From Nanobdellota archaeon (lineage in GTDB: Archaea; Nanobdellota; Nanobdellia; Parvarchaeales; Parvarchaeaceae), in the NCBI GenBank assembly GCA_021852265.1, contig JAJZNV010000014.1, positions 1,566 to 65,565 on the forward strand: 64,000 bases of DNA, written 5' to 3'. Positions 19,938-32,300 of this stretch are shown in pieces. Under the pieces are notes generated by a model, which saw only the letters and a list, made by a program, of their open reading frames with translations, ran no database searches and had not been told where the DNA came from. A program made the translations under genes and the position numbers. The stretch's first letter is position 1. The number at the start of each line of letters is the position of its first letter.

Positions 19938-21846
19938 ATCTCTTTTTGAATGACTGCTTTATTGATTTAACTAGTTTTCGTTTACTCGCGTTGTCTACCA
20001 TTGCATTTTCAATAACATCTATTATGTTCTTAACAGGGATTATTTTTATGTGAACATTATTCTGATGCACTACATCACCAAGGTTCGAAAAAGGTATTAT
20101 TACCTCTTTTATACCGGCGTTGGCCGCAGCTTCTATTTTAGAGTTAACGCCACCTATAGGTAGTACCTCTCCTAATATAGAGACTGAACCAGTCATCGCC
20201 GCAGACTGTTTTATTGGTATTCCTGTAAGAGCGGAGAGTATACTTACTGCGACGCTAATACTTGCACTGTCCCCCTCTACACCGGAGTAAGCCTGCAAGA
20301 ATTGGATGTGTATATCATAATTTGTAAGTGGCTCCTTTGCATATAGTTTGATTATAGCGGATACGTTCTTAACAGCTTCTTGTGCTATCTCACCAAGCTT
20401 TCCGGTCGCAATTATCTCTCCGGCACCCTTGCGCATGCTTTTCGTTACTATTGCCTCTATAGGCAGAAGCAGACCTGAATCAGAATTCTCAATTACTGCA
20501 AGACCATTCACCCTGCCGACTCTAGATCCGCTGATCTGTATTACATCGTAGTCCTTCTTCTCCCGTATATATCTCGATGCAATTTGCTGCTCAAATGAGT
20601 TTGCAAAGCTTTTCGCCTTTTCAACGTCCTCAACCGTAACGGCAGCGTGTTTGTTCTCTTTTGCTACATCTCCTGCGACACGTATTATGCCACCCAGCTC
20701 CCTAAGCCTTAACGTAAGTGCGTTTTTTCTGCCAGATTTGACTCTTGCCTCCTTCACTATTTCTGCGGCAGCTCCTTTAGAAAAGGGAGGGATCTTCTTG
20801 TCTTTTGCAACCTCTTGAGCAATAAACCTGGCAAGTCTATCCCGATTCTCGACGGTGTCTGGCATTGTATCATTCATATATACCTCATAGCCATACCCTC
20901 TGATTCTTGAACGTAGCGCAGGACTCATATTCGATATAGAGGCGGGATTTCCTGCCCCAACTAGTATAAAATCACATGGCACCGGCTCCGTTTTTACCAT
21001 TGCACCAGCACTTCTTTCACTTCTACCGGTTATGGCTGATTTTCTTTCCTGCATCGCTGTCAAAAGCTGGATCTGCGTTTCTGGGGACAAGTTGGCTATT
21101 TCATCTATAAACAGAACCCCCCCATTCGCCTTGTGTATATCGCCAAGGACCACTCTCTCATGCGCAGGTGTTCCTAACCCACCAGACTGAAATGGGTCGT
21201 GCTGTACATCGCCCAACAATGCTCCTTCGTGTGCGCCGGTGGCGTCTACGAAAGGTGCATGCTTTACATTCGAGTTGTCAAGAAGAAGCTTTGGAGCAGG
21301 CAATGATATCCTTTGTTTACCAAGACGGTACATCAGCAATACTATAAGGAAACCTATCAGCATAGTTATTATAAATAAGGTACCGGATATCTGATTAGCT
21401 GCTGCCAGTATATCGTTTGACTGAGAAGAAGTCCAGATGTTTACTACATAGGTTGCAATAAAGAATGCAACCAATAATCCGAGAAATATCAGCATACTGT
21501 TATTGCCGTTCAAAGCTGCAAGGTTCTTCGCTTTAGCTTGTGCAATTATCCGTTTACCCTCCCCTGCAGGTACTGTTTTTATTATCGGCTCGTTTTCATC
21601 CTTTGGATTCGGTAAAGATATCATATCTGCCAGTTTTTCGGAAGGTAACAATTCAGAAAGCGCCTGCCCGAGCATGCTCTTACCGGTTCCAGGTATGCCT
21701 ATAAGTAAAACGTTGCGTCTCTGGATAGCAGCTTTTTTTATTATTTCTGCCGCTTGTTCCTGGCCTATTACCTGCTCAATCATCTTATTAGGAGTCTTTA
21801 TATCATCCGTTGTTTTAAATGGTATACTAAATACATCATCCGCCAT
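19924..21846 (-). CDS. lon: Archaeal membrane-bound ATP-dependent Lon protease (LonB)
   Basis: AAA+ Walker [14 protein letters not shown] is present. Two TM helices are inserted in the ATPase domain. The C-terminal protease domain carries the catalytic Ser in GDSASI. Confidence 0.9.
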   Translation of the reverse strand: MADDVFSIPFKTTDDIKTPNKMIEQVIGQEQAAEIIKKAAIQRRNVLLIGIPGTGKSMLGQALSELLPSEKLADMISLPNPKDENEPIIKTVPAGEGKRIIAQAKAKNLAALNGNNSMLIFLGLLVAFFIATYVVNIWTSSQSNDILAAANQISGTLFIITMLIGFLIVLLMYRLGKQRISLPAPKLLLDNSNVKHAPFVDATGAHEGALLGDVQHDPFQSGGLGTPAHERVVLGDIHKANGGVLFIDEIANLSPETQIQLLTAMQERKSAITGRSERSAGAMVKTEPVPCDFILVGAGNPASISNMSPALRSRIRGYGYEVYMNDTMPDTVENRDRLARFIAQEVAKDKKIPPFSKGAAAEIVKEARVKSGRKNALTLRLRELGGIIRVAGDVAKENKHAAVTVEDVEKAKSFANSFEQQIASRYIREKKDYDVIQISGSRVGRVNGLAVIENSDSGLLLPIEAIVTKSMRKGAGEIIATGKLGEIAQEAVKNVSAIIKLYAKEPLTNYDIHIQFLQAYSGVEGDSASISVAVSILSALTGIPIKQSAAMTGSVSILGEVLPIGGVNSKIEAAANAGIKEVIIPFSNLGDVVHQNNVHIKIIPVKNIIDVIENAMVDNASKRKLVKSIKQSFKKRYAGE

Positions 21847-21914
21847 ATACTCTCTCAGTTAACATTTGTTTTTATGTCTTTATTTGTATATTTTGCCAAT
21901 TTAGAAACATCTAA

Positions 21915-22193
21915 CTATATCTGAGCAGGAGTCTCCTCCTCTGATGGAGAGGTCACAATATTGGAGATGATTACTATATCATCTATGGCCCTGACCAAGT
22001 TGTGCTGTATGATAGCACCTTTCGCACCTTTTATCATCTTTGAAAGATTAGAAGCTGCACCGGCTTTAACACGCCATCCAACAACCCTATTATCCTGGAT
22101 TATCGCTTCATCTACATCGCCAAAATAAGAACCGCTGTCAGTATAAACCTTAAGACCGTATGTATTTGTTATCTTTTTTAGTTTTAAAGCCAT
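21915..22193 (-). CDS. PRC-barrel-like small protein (92 aa)
   Basis: Size and the pattern GLKVYTDSGSYFGDVDEAIID..RVVGWRV resemble archaeal PRC-barrel proteins. The assignment is weak. Confidence 0.4.
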   Translation of the reverse strand: MALKLKKITNTYGLKVYTDSGSYFGDVDEAIIQDNRVVGWRVKAGAASNLSKMIKGAKGAIIQHNLVRAIDDIVIISNIVTSPSEEETPAQI

Positions 22194-22242
22194 AAGATGG
22201 TTTGTTTTTACTTCTTTAAATACTTTTTTAGCAAAATAAACT

Positions 22243-22773
22243 TTAATAGGGGCATCGGCTCTTATAAACGAGTATTAATCTACACGGACTGTTCTTTGTA
22301 TCATTTATGCTCTCGTTTGTAAACTCGAGGGTATACGCCCCAGAGATATTATTCTTGACCGACAGACTATACAACCCCAGCAATAACCGGTAACGATCGC
22401 CATATCGCCCCGCCGATAAAAACGTTACTTTCCCAGCGTTTATGCCATCTGGAGGAACTACTTTGTACAGAGAGTTTGAGCATGGCTTAAAAAACGTGGC
22501 AAGCGCAGGTTCAATCGGCTTGGCATCATGCATTATCTTAGGTATTGAGATATTGCCTTTGACATCCTTCTTTTTGAACAAAGTATGGAACAATAACCCC
22601 GAACATTTATCTCCCGGATCAAAGTTTCCGTCTATCACCTCCGCAACGAATTGAGTATTCTCATCCAACAATATTTTCATAAGCATGCGTTTGGGATCTC
22701 TATACCCAATAAACGAGAATTCCGTTTGTTTGCCGACCATTTTCTCTAGTTTTGATTCAAGGTTTTTATCCAT
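22243..22773 (-). CDS. Hypothetical protein (176 aa)
   Basis: ORF only. Confidence 0.35.
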   Translation of the reverse strand: MDKNLESKLEKMVGKQTEFSFIGYRDPKRMLMKILLDENTQFVAEVIDGNFDPGDKCSGLLFHTLFKKKDVKGNISIPKIMHDAKPIEPALATFFKPCSNSLYKVVPPDGINAGKVTFLSAGRYGDRYRLLLGLYSLSVKNNISGAYTLEFTNESINDTKNSPCRLILVYKSRCPY

Positions 22774-22808
22774 GTTCTGATATAGATTATATCTAATATT
22801 AAAATCTT

Positions 22809-23243
22809 TTAAAGATCTACTTCCTCCCAGCTTACACGGCCAGTTTCAACAGCATCTTTTACCATCTGTTCCGCTCTATTTAAGCTGGAGTGCCCCGTTT
22901 TCAATTCAATGAATTTTATCTTTACCTCCTTGTCTACGCCATCACGGGCTTCTGACAGGCCTTCAAATATTATATAATCAACCGGACTGCCTAAAAACCT
23001 GAAGTCTGCGAGGTCTCCTAATTTGTTATACAGTACTGGAAATAACTGCTCGCTTATCTTTCCTTTTATTACGGGCCGCTGGATGGCTAATGATTTTGCT
23101 ACCTCTTTTCTCAGCCTTTCTTGCAGCCACATATTAAAAAGTCTTGCGGCTAAACGCTTCACCAGCACCCACATCAAAATAATAAATAAAAGAGAAAAGC
23201 CAAGTGCCCCAATAATTAACCCTTCCAAAAAGTCATATACCAT
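22809..23243 (-). CDS. Membrane-anchored PD-(D/E)xK nuclease-fold protein (Holliday-junction-resolvase-like)
   Basis: An N-terminal TM (LIIGALGFSLLFIILMWVLV) is followed by a D...E-x-K arrangement (PVDYIIFEG ... IKFIELKTG) typical of Hjc/NucS-like restriction-endonuclease-fold proteins. Confidence 0.45.
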   Translation of the reverse strand: MVYDFLEGLIIGALGFSLLFIILMWVLVKRLAARLFNMWLQERLRKEVAKSLAIQRPVIKGKISEQLFPVLYNKLGDLADFRFLGSPVDYIIFEGLSEARDGVDKEVKIKFIELKTGHSSLNRAEQMVKDAVETGRVSWEEVDL

Positions 23244-23556
23244 ATAATAATATGATAACGCGGCAAGGATAATAACTTTAAAAAGCTAAACGTGGCTTTA
23301 TCACATATATTCAGTATTTCCGAAAGTGGCGATCTAAAAATAAACGGATTTAGATATAAAAGCTTTGTGTAAAAAGACATTTTAAGTAAAAATATAGGTT
23401 ATAGATATAAGAAGATTAGATAACTGTAGATTGTATGTTAGAGACTTATTATGATAAAATAAAAAGGCTGGCGGAAGAGGGCTTCGAAGCGTTCTACAAA
23501 AATATCAGAACGAACTAGGGAGCTCACGAAAGCGTTATACAGAAGAGAACCTATAC

Positions 23557-24474
23557 TCAACATCGAACTCCGGGCACGGGGCAAGCTCCTATAATATCAA
23601 AGGAGATTGTTGCTTTGTCAACACCCGTGCCATTGGGATATCTTAAATACATACCAGTTAATAGACTTGGCAGAGAACCTGCAACCGAATTATTAATTCC
23701 AAGACTGCAGTAGAAGTAATGACCGGCATAATATAAGCCACTTTCGTTTTGATAGCATGTTTTATTAAATAAGATTTGACCAGCGGAATTTTGAATCTGA
23801 ATAAGTTTAGTGACACTAAAATTTGCCTCTTCTGGAACTGTAATATTAGAAGCACCAAGGAAAATACTGTTAGAAATTACGAGCACTTTTGACATAGAAA
23901 TTGGAGTAAATGTTGTTACACCATTTGACTCAGTTATATAAAATGCTTGTCCTAAATCGTCTGACGATAAATTTTTGCTCGGTAGAAAAGCAATGCCAGA
24001 AAACGTATTTCCTTTTAAACCATAAAATACATTTGTATACGGACCGGGCAGATTTACTATTTGATAATTATATGGGCTAGTATTATCATTAATATTCAAG
24101 TTTATGCTCGAACCTTCTCCAACGTTATTAAAATTAACTATCTTGCCAAAGAGGGTCGCTGTAAAATTATATTCATAGTATGTGCCACTTACATTAACAA
24201 ATAAATATTTATCAAAATTCGTAGTTAAAGAATAATTAAGAGAATTATTGAACGGACTCACTGACTGCCAATTTACTCTACAAAATCCATTTGAATTTGT
24301 AATACAACTTCCATTGTATGCTGTTGTGAAATAGTCAATTTTGACTATAACGGCAAGCCCCCCGCCCTGCCCAGGCGACATAAGTACAGAGAAAAACCCA
24401 TTCCAAAATAGTATCCCAACGACTATAATTATTAGGAGCACAAATACGACCAGCACTGTACGGCCTTTAGACAT
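23557..24474 (-). CDS. Membrane-anchored Asn-rich surface protein (305 aa)
   Basis: An N-terminal anchor (MSKGRTVLVVFVLLIIIVVGILF) is followed by N/S/T/Y/G-rich sequence with many N-x-S/T sequons. Conserved Cys lie at both ends. Confidence 0.5.
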   Translation of the reverse strand: MSKGRTVLVVFVLLIIIVVGILFWNGFFSVLMSPGQGGGLAVIVKIDYFTTAYNGSCITNSNGFCRVNWQSVSPFNNSLNYSLTTNFDKYLFVNVSGTYYEYNFTATLFGKIVNFNNVGEGSSINLNINDNTSPYNYQIVNLPGPYTNVFYGLKGNTFSGIAFLPSKNLSSDDLGQAFYITESNGVTTFTPISMSKVLVISNSIFLGASNITVPEEANFSVTKLIQIQNSAGQILFNKTCYQNESGLYYAGHYFYCSLGINNSVAGSLPSLLTGMYLRYPNGTGVDKATISFDIIGACPVPGVRC

Positions 24475-24789
24475 AAAATACCTTTCCCCCTGGCAATTAA
24501 TAAACCTTTGTTTTTTATTCGGAAGATTCCGAATTGTTATATTTTACTGACTTATCTCTACTTTGGTTTATAATTTAAAGATATAATAATTGTAACAGGA
24601 TATTCGAAAACCTGTTTGCTTATTCATATAATTTAAATTTAATTATGTTCAGTCGAGCCGACATTTTTGACTGTTTTTAGCATGTGTTTTTCATAAATTC
24701 TTACGTAATAAATTGCTTTGTTTCCTGAAACGATGGCTTTTATTGGTATAAATTTCATTAGAGCTTTATACAAAGGTATATCTCTTCTT

Positions 24790-25385
24790 TTAGCTATTAT
24801 GTATATCTGTAGTCCGTCTTATAACAGTCGTATAACCTATTCCAAAAGCCTCTGCAATTTCTACTTTAGACATTCCTCTCCTAACCAAATATCTTATTTT
24901 ATGCTTTAGCTTTTTAGGATATGGTATCTTATTTCTCGGAAAATATCGGCCGTCCAATTATATACACTCTTAGCGCTTATTCCTAATTTGTAACCGGTAA
25001 GAATTTTGAACGTTCCGTTTAATACCATCTCCCTCACCTTTTGTTTTAATTCCAAAGAGTACTTATCTTTTTTAGGGTTTGGTAACTTCCATTTATATAA
25101 AGTACTGGCAGATAAGTTCAATTGCTTAGCTATTTCTATTTTACTAGCTCCATATTGTGCCATTTTAAATGCGTTATCAAAAACTTCTTTTGGATGTCTA
25201 TTTGTTTTACAATAACCTCTTACCCAAACTCTAACTGTGTTATATAAGACACTCAATTCATTCGAAATTTGTGGTATTGATTTACCATCTTTGGCCATTT
25301 GTTTGGCTTTTTCTACAAGCTCCTTCGAGTGCTCCATATCCATATTAGAAAAGATTTTATTAAAGCTAATTTCTATTATTGCCAA
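24790..25385 (-). mobile_element. Multi-HTH DNA-binding gene resembling a transposase N-terminal (OrfA-like) module. A 159-aa ORF carries three HTH motifs, and a fourth HTH lies in a shifted frame downstream. No catalytic domain follows, so this is a probable IS/integrative-element remnant.
   Basis: HTH-like segments are SIPQISNELSVLYNTVRVW, ASKIEIAKQLNLSASTLYKW and GISAKSVYNW. Out of frame at about 24790-24900 is RRGMSKVEIAEAFGIGYTTVIRR. The element lies about 120 nt from tRNA-Met(CAU). Confidence 0.4.
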
Positions 25386-25509
25386 AATAACTTAAATTCT
25401 AAGTAAATATTTGCAGAAGCTATGGTATATAAAATTAAAGTAATAGGCTACCAGTTGAGTTCTGTGAAGCTCATTGCCAATTTTTTACCTTCAGGAGTAC
25501 TGATATTAT

Positions 25510-25581
25510 TGTCGGGGGTGGGATTTGAGCCCACGACCTCCACCTCATGAGGGTGGCGTACTACCGCTGTACTACCCCGAC
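25510..25581 (-). tRNA. tRNA with anticodon CAU (elongator Met or Ile2/agmatidine type)
   Basis: Hand-folded. The acceptor pairs GUCGGGG with CCCCGAC, with discriminator A. The D arm is GUAC-AGCGGUA-GUAC. The anticodon arm is CCACC-CUCAUGA-GGUGG. The T arm is GUGGG-CUCAAAU-CCCAC. There is no GGG/CCC run in the anticodon stem, so this is not an initiator. Confidence 0.8.
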
Positions 25582-25737
25582 ATAGAATGTGCAGTTATTT
25601 TAAAACCGCCTGCTGATTTTAATTGTATTCTCTTTGCAAATTTATGCTTTTTAGAGTATTCCGTTTTTAGGAAAATACGGCACAGGAGGTGCTTAGTAAA
25701 CTATTGATACCAAATACCTTCTAAGTGAATAATTGAT

Positions 25738-26307
25738 ATGGAGAATGTAAAAAGTTTGGAATCAAGGTTATTAATAGATATGGCAAATGCGCTTAAAACC
25801 GCGATTGATGCCTTCTCAAAAATCGACGGTGGAAAATCAGATTCAACCTTTTATAGGGTATTCGCGGAGGAGTTATACAAGACCGCAGTTGGCAATGATG
25901 CTTATCGAAAGATTAATAGTGAGGTCCTAAACAATAAAATCATACCAAATATTTATGATACTTTGAAGATAGCCGAATCACTTGCACTAGAGGACCCCGC
26001 CACCTTCACAAAGGTTAATAAGATGGCGAAAAGGGAAATAAATAAAACAGAGGGTATACTTAAAGTTATGCCAAATTTTCCGCCGGCATATAACCCGTAT
26101 CACTCACTGAAAGAGTACACGCTAAGTGCCTTAATACATGCATCTGAGAACACAGAGTTTGAGCTTAGAGGTATGGAACCGGTATTCAATCTTTATTTCC
26201 TCATTAACGCCGGTGATACGTACATCGGTAAAAGAACAAGGCTATTACTCTATTTTAAAGAATGGGGTCCAATGGAATATTTCTGCGGTAGTCTACATAG
26301 AGTATAA
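25738..26307 (+). CDS. Hypothetical protein (189 aa)
   Basis: ORF only. It is divergent from the giant-protein operon. Confidence 0.35.
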   Translation: MENVKSLESRLLIDMANALKTAIDAFSKIDGGKSDSTFYRVFAEELYKTAVGNDAYRKINSEVLNNKIIPNIYDTLKIAESLALEDPATFTKVNKMAKREINKTEGILKVMPNFPPAYNPYHSLKEYTLSALIHASENTEFELRGMEPVFNLYFLINAGDTYIGKRTRLLLYFKEWGPMEYFCGSLHRV

Positions 26308-26341
26308 AAACAGGTTAAACTGAATTTTTTATTATAACTGA

Positions 26342-29300
26342 TTATGATTTATAACCTATGTGCAGCGTTACTGTACTACCTGCAGCGGCAGTTCCACTCG
26401 TCGGGCTGAAATAGTAGGAACTGAATGTTCCGGGATTATTCTGACAGTTCTTTGGACTTCCGCCATCCGAACTTACTGACCATTTATAGTTACCGCCTAT
26501 TTCATACCCATAATTCTGATTGTCCCAGAACGCTTCTGAAGAGCCATACTCATTAAGGTTCTGAGAACTGTCATAAGATGGAGTCCATTCACAGTTGTAA
26601 GGATTATTATCAGAAACTGCAAAGGTTGTTATTGTATAAAAATTAAAGGTATATGAACTACCCGGAGCGAGGGTGCCCGGTTCCAGACAGTCTCCATAAG
26701 AACATTGGTATGCATTCGAAGCGAGGGCGCCATATAAAAGTGCACCCGCTGAAGCTTGCGTGTCAGAACTGCCGTTGGTCGAATTCGAAATGTAGTATTG
26801 GCCAGTACTTCCAAACCCATCTACCTTTATGCTCGACGGGGCAGTAGCAGAAGCAGTCTGGCCTAAGTATTTTACACTCCAGCTAAAACCACTAGGTATA
26901 TTGTTTTCACTGAAAGTTGTGTAACAGTAGAAACCTATGTTTTGAGTAGAGGTACCTGGTCCGACATTCACGCTTCCAGAAGAAGGAGAAATTGTCGGAT
27001 TCAAACATTCCGAACCTATGTAGCTTACGCTATACTGATAATCTCCTAATGGGAGGCCATTCAATGTGATTGTTGATGCACTTGAACTAGACCAGCCACT
27101 TGTTCCCTGTCCATTAGTGTATGTAAGATTCCAAAACTCATTTAAGCCCTCGCCTGGATCACCGGTCTCACTAAATGTTAGCGAACAAGAAGTTGGGCTA
27201 AAGCTTATACTATTTATGGTGCCTGCTTCTATACTCCCAGTACCGGGGTTAGGGCTATAGACACAACCTCCTGCATTTGAGTTCGCTGTACTAAACTGAT
27301 AATACGTACTTGCTGTGGTGGAAAAGCCTATTGAAGATGCGGAAGAGCTTTGCGTGACTGCAGTGCTTAATGGATTAAGTGTAACGCTCCATGTGGTACC
27401 GCTAGGAAGACCTGTCTCAATAAATGTCGTTACGCAAGCAGAGTTTTTAGTAAATGCTATCTTAGTGGGGGAACCGCTAATCGGCAGGCTGCCAGAGGAT
27501 GGCGAAGGCGAGTAAGAACCACAAGAACCCACTGAATTTGGAGGATATGCTGTCGCAACCGAGAAAGAATAGCTACCCGCTGGGTTTAGATCGGAAACCG
27601 TCATATTCAAGGCAGTATCGGCCAGTGTAGTACCGCTGGTGTCATTAGCACTCTGAGTCACCCCTGCATATGTTACGTACCATACTGTATTAGCAGGTAG
27701 GCTGCTCTCCATGAAACCTATATTGCAGGTGTCCAAAAAGGTGACTGCATTTGACCCAGATGTCATCGGTGTGTAAGCAATGTAATTTGTCTTTTGCCCC
27801 ACGCCAACATTATTTGGAACATAAACATGCTGTGATGGAGGTGCAGAGAACTCACACTCTCCCCAATAAGTCTGCAAAGCACTTTGGATGAGAGATGAAG
27901 CCTGTGAGATGCTGTAATTTGAAATGATATAATTTCCTGGATTCTGTAAAAGTATCCCGTCGACAGGGGTGGATGCTGCTAAGGTAATATTCGGGCCGGT
28001 AGGGAGGTAAACCTCAGTAGAGCCACTTATATTCTTTACGCACTGTCCTTTGTATATCAAACAATACCACCACTTCAATGATTTTGCCGTATATTTACTA
28101 TAAGTAACACTCCAAAGCGTATTCGGAGGTATATTCGTCCTGTTAAAACTAACATAGGAGGGAGTAGATTTGGCTGAGGATGAGAATTGTACATATGTCG
28201 TCGATCCGGCAGTCACCGTTCCAGAGGTTGGTGAAGGCGGTTCGTCTGTAAGGTTTCCATAGTAGTTAGTCCCATATGAGTAACTATTAAGAGTTAATAC
28301 CCTCCCGGCAGACGGTAGTGTAAAGTAGAATAGCCCCGTATATGAATCATACGCGACGCTGCCCGCACACAAACTCAACGGAAGACCTATTGCTTTTAAT
28401 TTCGCATCAGTTGAATTATAAGCATCTATACTACAATTTCTTGAATTGACTGCGTATAAGTATCCATCTTTTGAATTAAATGTGAATCCTGTAGCAGCAG
28501 ACATCGAGCTTATGTTCTTTATTATGCTTTGCGATAACTGCGAGGATTCGGATTGTGTATTATTCGAGGAGTATACTCTATCTGAAATGTTAAGGATGTA
28601 TAAGCCATACGGCCCCCCTGTATACAACTTCCCATTCGCATAAAGCATTGTGTTTGTATTTATCACGTTTGCAGCAAGATACGCAAATACGGAATTCGAT
28701 GAAGGATTTATTACGCCGACGCCTCCACCAAGATCTACAAAGTAGACATAACCAACCGCCCCGATGTAATCTATCGCTCCCAGCCCTTGTGGTTTCGGAC
28801 CCTTGGTATTTTCATACACTTTAAGTGTAGCGACTATAGAATTAGAGCTAGTTGAGATAATAGAAATTGTCTGGGAAGTCGAATAATAGCCGCAGCCGGT
28901 TCCGCAAGAGCCTTCAAACGTTATTTTACCCTTATTGACAGTATATAGGTCTCCATTAGTAGGGTCATATGTTATTCCCAATGTTGTATTATCAGTATTT
29001 ATCACGGATACTACCGACGTTCCGCTTATAACCGAAATGCTGTTAGAGGCGCCATTTGCAACGTAGATGTACTGATTCTGAGGGTCGTATACAATTGCAT
29101 CTGGATTATTGCCAACGCCGCTTGTTATGTTTGCTATCACGGTATTACTGGTGGAAGAGATCACAGATATGCTATTGGAGGCGCCATTTGCAACGTAGAT
29201 GTACTGATTCTGAGGGTCGTATACAATTGCATCTGGATTATTGCCAACACGCAGAAGGTTTATATCGGCGTTATTTGCATATGAACTTATATTATAAGGA

Positions 29301-32300
29301 TAATTTCCGGCAGGTAAAATCGGGAAGACAATGGATGTTGACGAACCAGACAAAGATGTCTGTGTACTCTTTTTGAGTCCGCCGTAGTTTACTGTCCATG
29401 TATATCCTGCGGGAAGATTGTATTCCGTAAAAGTCGTGATGCAGCGTGTTGAGGAGTTTGCTTTCACATTTAACGTTGAACCTGCTTCCAACTTACCTGC
29501 AGAGGGCAGGAAGGAATAATAGGTTGTACACGTCGGATTTCCATTATTATCATAGGAAGAGTTTGATGCTGCGTACACTGAATAAGAATAATTCCCTACG
29601 TTTGTGAAGAAGCCTATATCTGTCGGGGAAAGTGACGAGTTCTGAGTACCAGCATAATTCACTGTCCAGCGCGCCCCGGAGATTAGTCCACTTTCTGCAA
29701 AGGTTGTTATGCATTTGACTGACGATATATTAAATACAATGTTAACTATGCTACCCGCAGATGCTCTGCCACTCCCAGGAACTGGAGAATATGTAGTGAA
29801 ACAACTACCTGATGAAACGGTTATGTTATCCACAAGAAAGCTAGGTTCTGCAAGTAGGGTGCCATTCACAAGTGCATCTATTTGGCTCACGTGTGATACG
29901 AAGTGTTTACCGGCGTATTTCATCTGCCAGCCAAACGTACTGAGGGTGGACTGAGGCAGCCCACTTTCTATAAATTCGGTAGGAGGATAAAAGGACAATT
30001 TTGATGTGCCTAAAGTCGTATTAACATCATAAACATTCACTGGAACTATGTTATAGCTCTTCGGTGATACTAAGAGGGTATAACTTATATTCCAAAGTGT
30101 CGGAAGATTGTATCCAAGGTAATACTGTGATCCGATGGTAAACGTTGTATTTCCTGGTGTCTGGTAAAGACAACTTACAATGTAGCCATAGAGCCTATTA
30201 TTTATGTTATTGCATTCTTCATCAGAAGATATATTCAAATGCCAGGTCCCCCCTGTGTACTGGGATGAAAATGATCTAGAGTTTCCATTGCTGCAATTAG
30301 CGTTAATACTATATGCGCTTCCGAGTGTGTCATAGACATTCACGGTCGGGTCAGCCGTGTTTCCTGTCTCACTAACACTGTAGAACTGCAACGCGTGAAG
30401 TCCCTGATTTAGGGCTCCAAGGGATAAATATATCCCATTCAAATACTGCTGTGGCAGGCTTTGACCGGAACAGAGTTGGCCTTCTCCCAGACCATACAAT
30501 GCATAATCTATATGATTTCCATTACCGCCGATGCAGTTGGCAGAGGTTCCCCCGGTAAAAATATTCATAGCATAATCATAAATGCTGCCATTCGCTAACG
30601 CAGGTATACCATATATCTTAAAGTACGGATTCTGCAATAGAAGTACATTCAGCAAATCAAAAGGATATACAGATGACTTGAAGAGTGCTGCCTGAGGAAT
30701 GTTAGACAAGAAAAGATTGCTTGGATACAATTTCGTAAAGATGTTATTTATTTCATACTGTGACACTGATAAACCGCTCATGTACTGGTCTTTTACCACA
30801 GCCTGTGACCCGCTCGGTGGAATTGACACATTTGTTGGAACTGTCGCATTGATAACACCTAAGCCTACACCTATTAAAGAGCTATTATCATACTGCAGCA
30901 CATATGAGGCGTTTACCTTGGCTGATATTCCAGAATGATACGCTATGCAACCATCCGTTACTGTTGGCGTCGTGTATCCTTCTGGTGCATTGTTGCAACC
31001 AAGTGGAGTTTGACCGTAACTTCCGTTATCTCCGCCGACTGGGGTTGAAATGAAAGTCGTATTAAATTTGATGTATTTCATTCCAAGACAGGATGTGGGG
31101 AGCGGTGGGATGGATTCATTGTAGGGCATATTATTTGCAGGAAGCGCACACGATTCTATAGTTCCCGAGTATCCTGCGGGGCAAGAATAAGTTGATTTAA
31201 AGTTCATTCCATTAGGACCCGAGAATGTTGTAGTCACTGCTGGCTGTGAAATATTGTATGCGTCCCTGGTTGCAAGGCATCCTCCAACCTCGGCGAGGGG
31301 ATACCCTTGTGCATTATTGGTTGTGGAGTATGGCATCCATTTTACCGCAATCCCACTTTGTATGTTTTCATTAATGAAGTCCGTTACATTGCCACAGAAA
31401 TTACTACTAAGCATTCCCGTCGGATTTGATTCTGAAACGCCTCCAGTAGAAACTGAACTCATAGTGATGCCTGATGAAACCAAGTTGGGAATGCTACCTG
31501 AAACGGTACATGAAAATGTGAGTACACCTGTATCCACGCCTATCTGTGTATTAGAATAGCTTGCTGCACAATTATTACCATTGTTTCCATAATCACACGA
31601 CACGGTTGTATTTGTATAGCGAGTGTGTGGCAAACCGATGCTTTGATTACCTGAGTAATACCAGCCGTTACAATTGAAGGACAGCGTATTTATTTGAATC
31701 TGGTTGCCAGAGTTCTCATTCGCATTCAACTGGTATTTCGCAGTGGCTTGAGAGGGGGCGGATACCTGTCCAGATTCGACTGCGGGAATTGATTCCAGTG
31801 ACAGCGCACCGTCTGTTGGCGCACATGAATATTGAGAAGTTATGAGACAGCCCCCTCCAATATAATCTGCCTTTGAGTTTCCGATAGTGCTATTTGGTAT
31901 CCCTTCTATGCCATCCAATGATCCATTCATAAGCTGAACCCCTCCTGCTATCGGGGCGGTACACGTTGTATAATTCTGCACCGTAGTATTAACAGGACAT
32001 GACATTATACTACCTGCATTCGAATTCAAACTCAATATAACTCCCCCACTTGGGAATGCAGACTGCATCAAAGGCGCAGTATGCGTGGCTAAGAAAGCTT
32101 CGGTCGGATTCTGAGGGTTATATTTTACCCATGAACCGTTTACATTTAATTGTGGCCAGGTAAGAACATACAGTTTTTCGGAGGATACAGTCTGTACACT
32201 GCCTTGACCAGTTATGTTGCCAGTTAATTCACAATTCCCATAAAGTGTTTCATTTAGACCCGATGCAGTCGTCAGGTTGTATATTCCAGGGATATAATTC

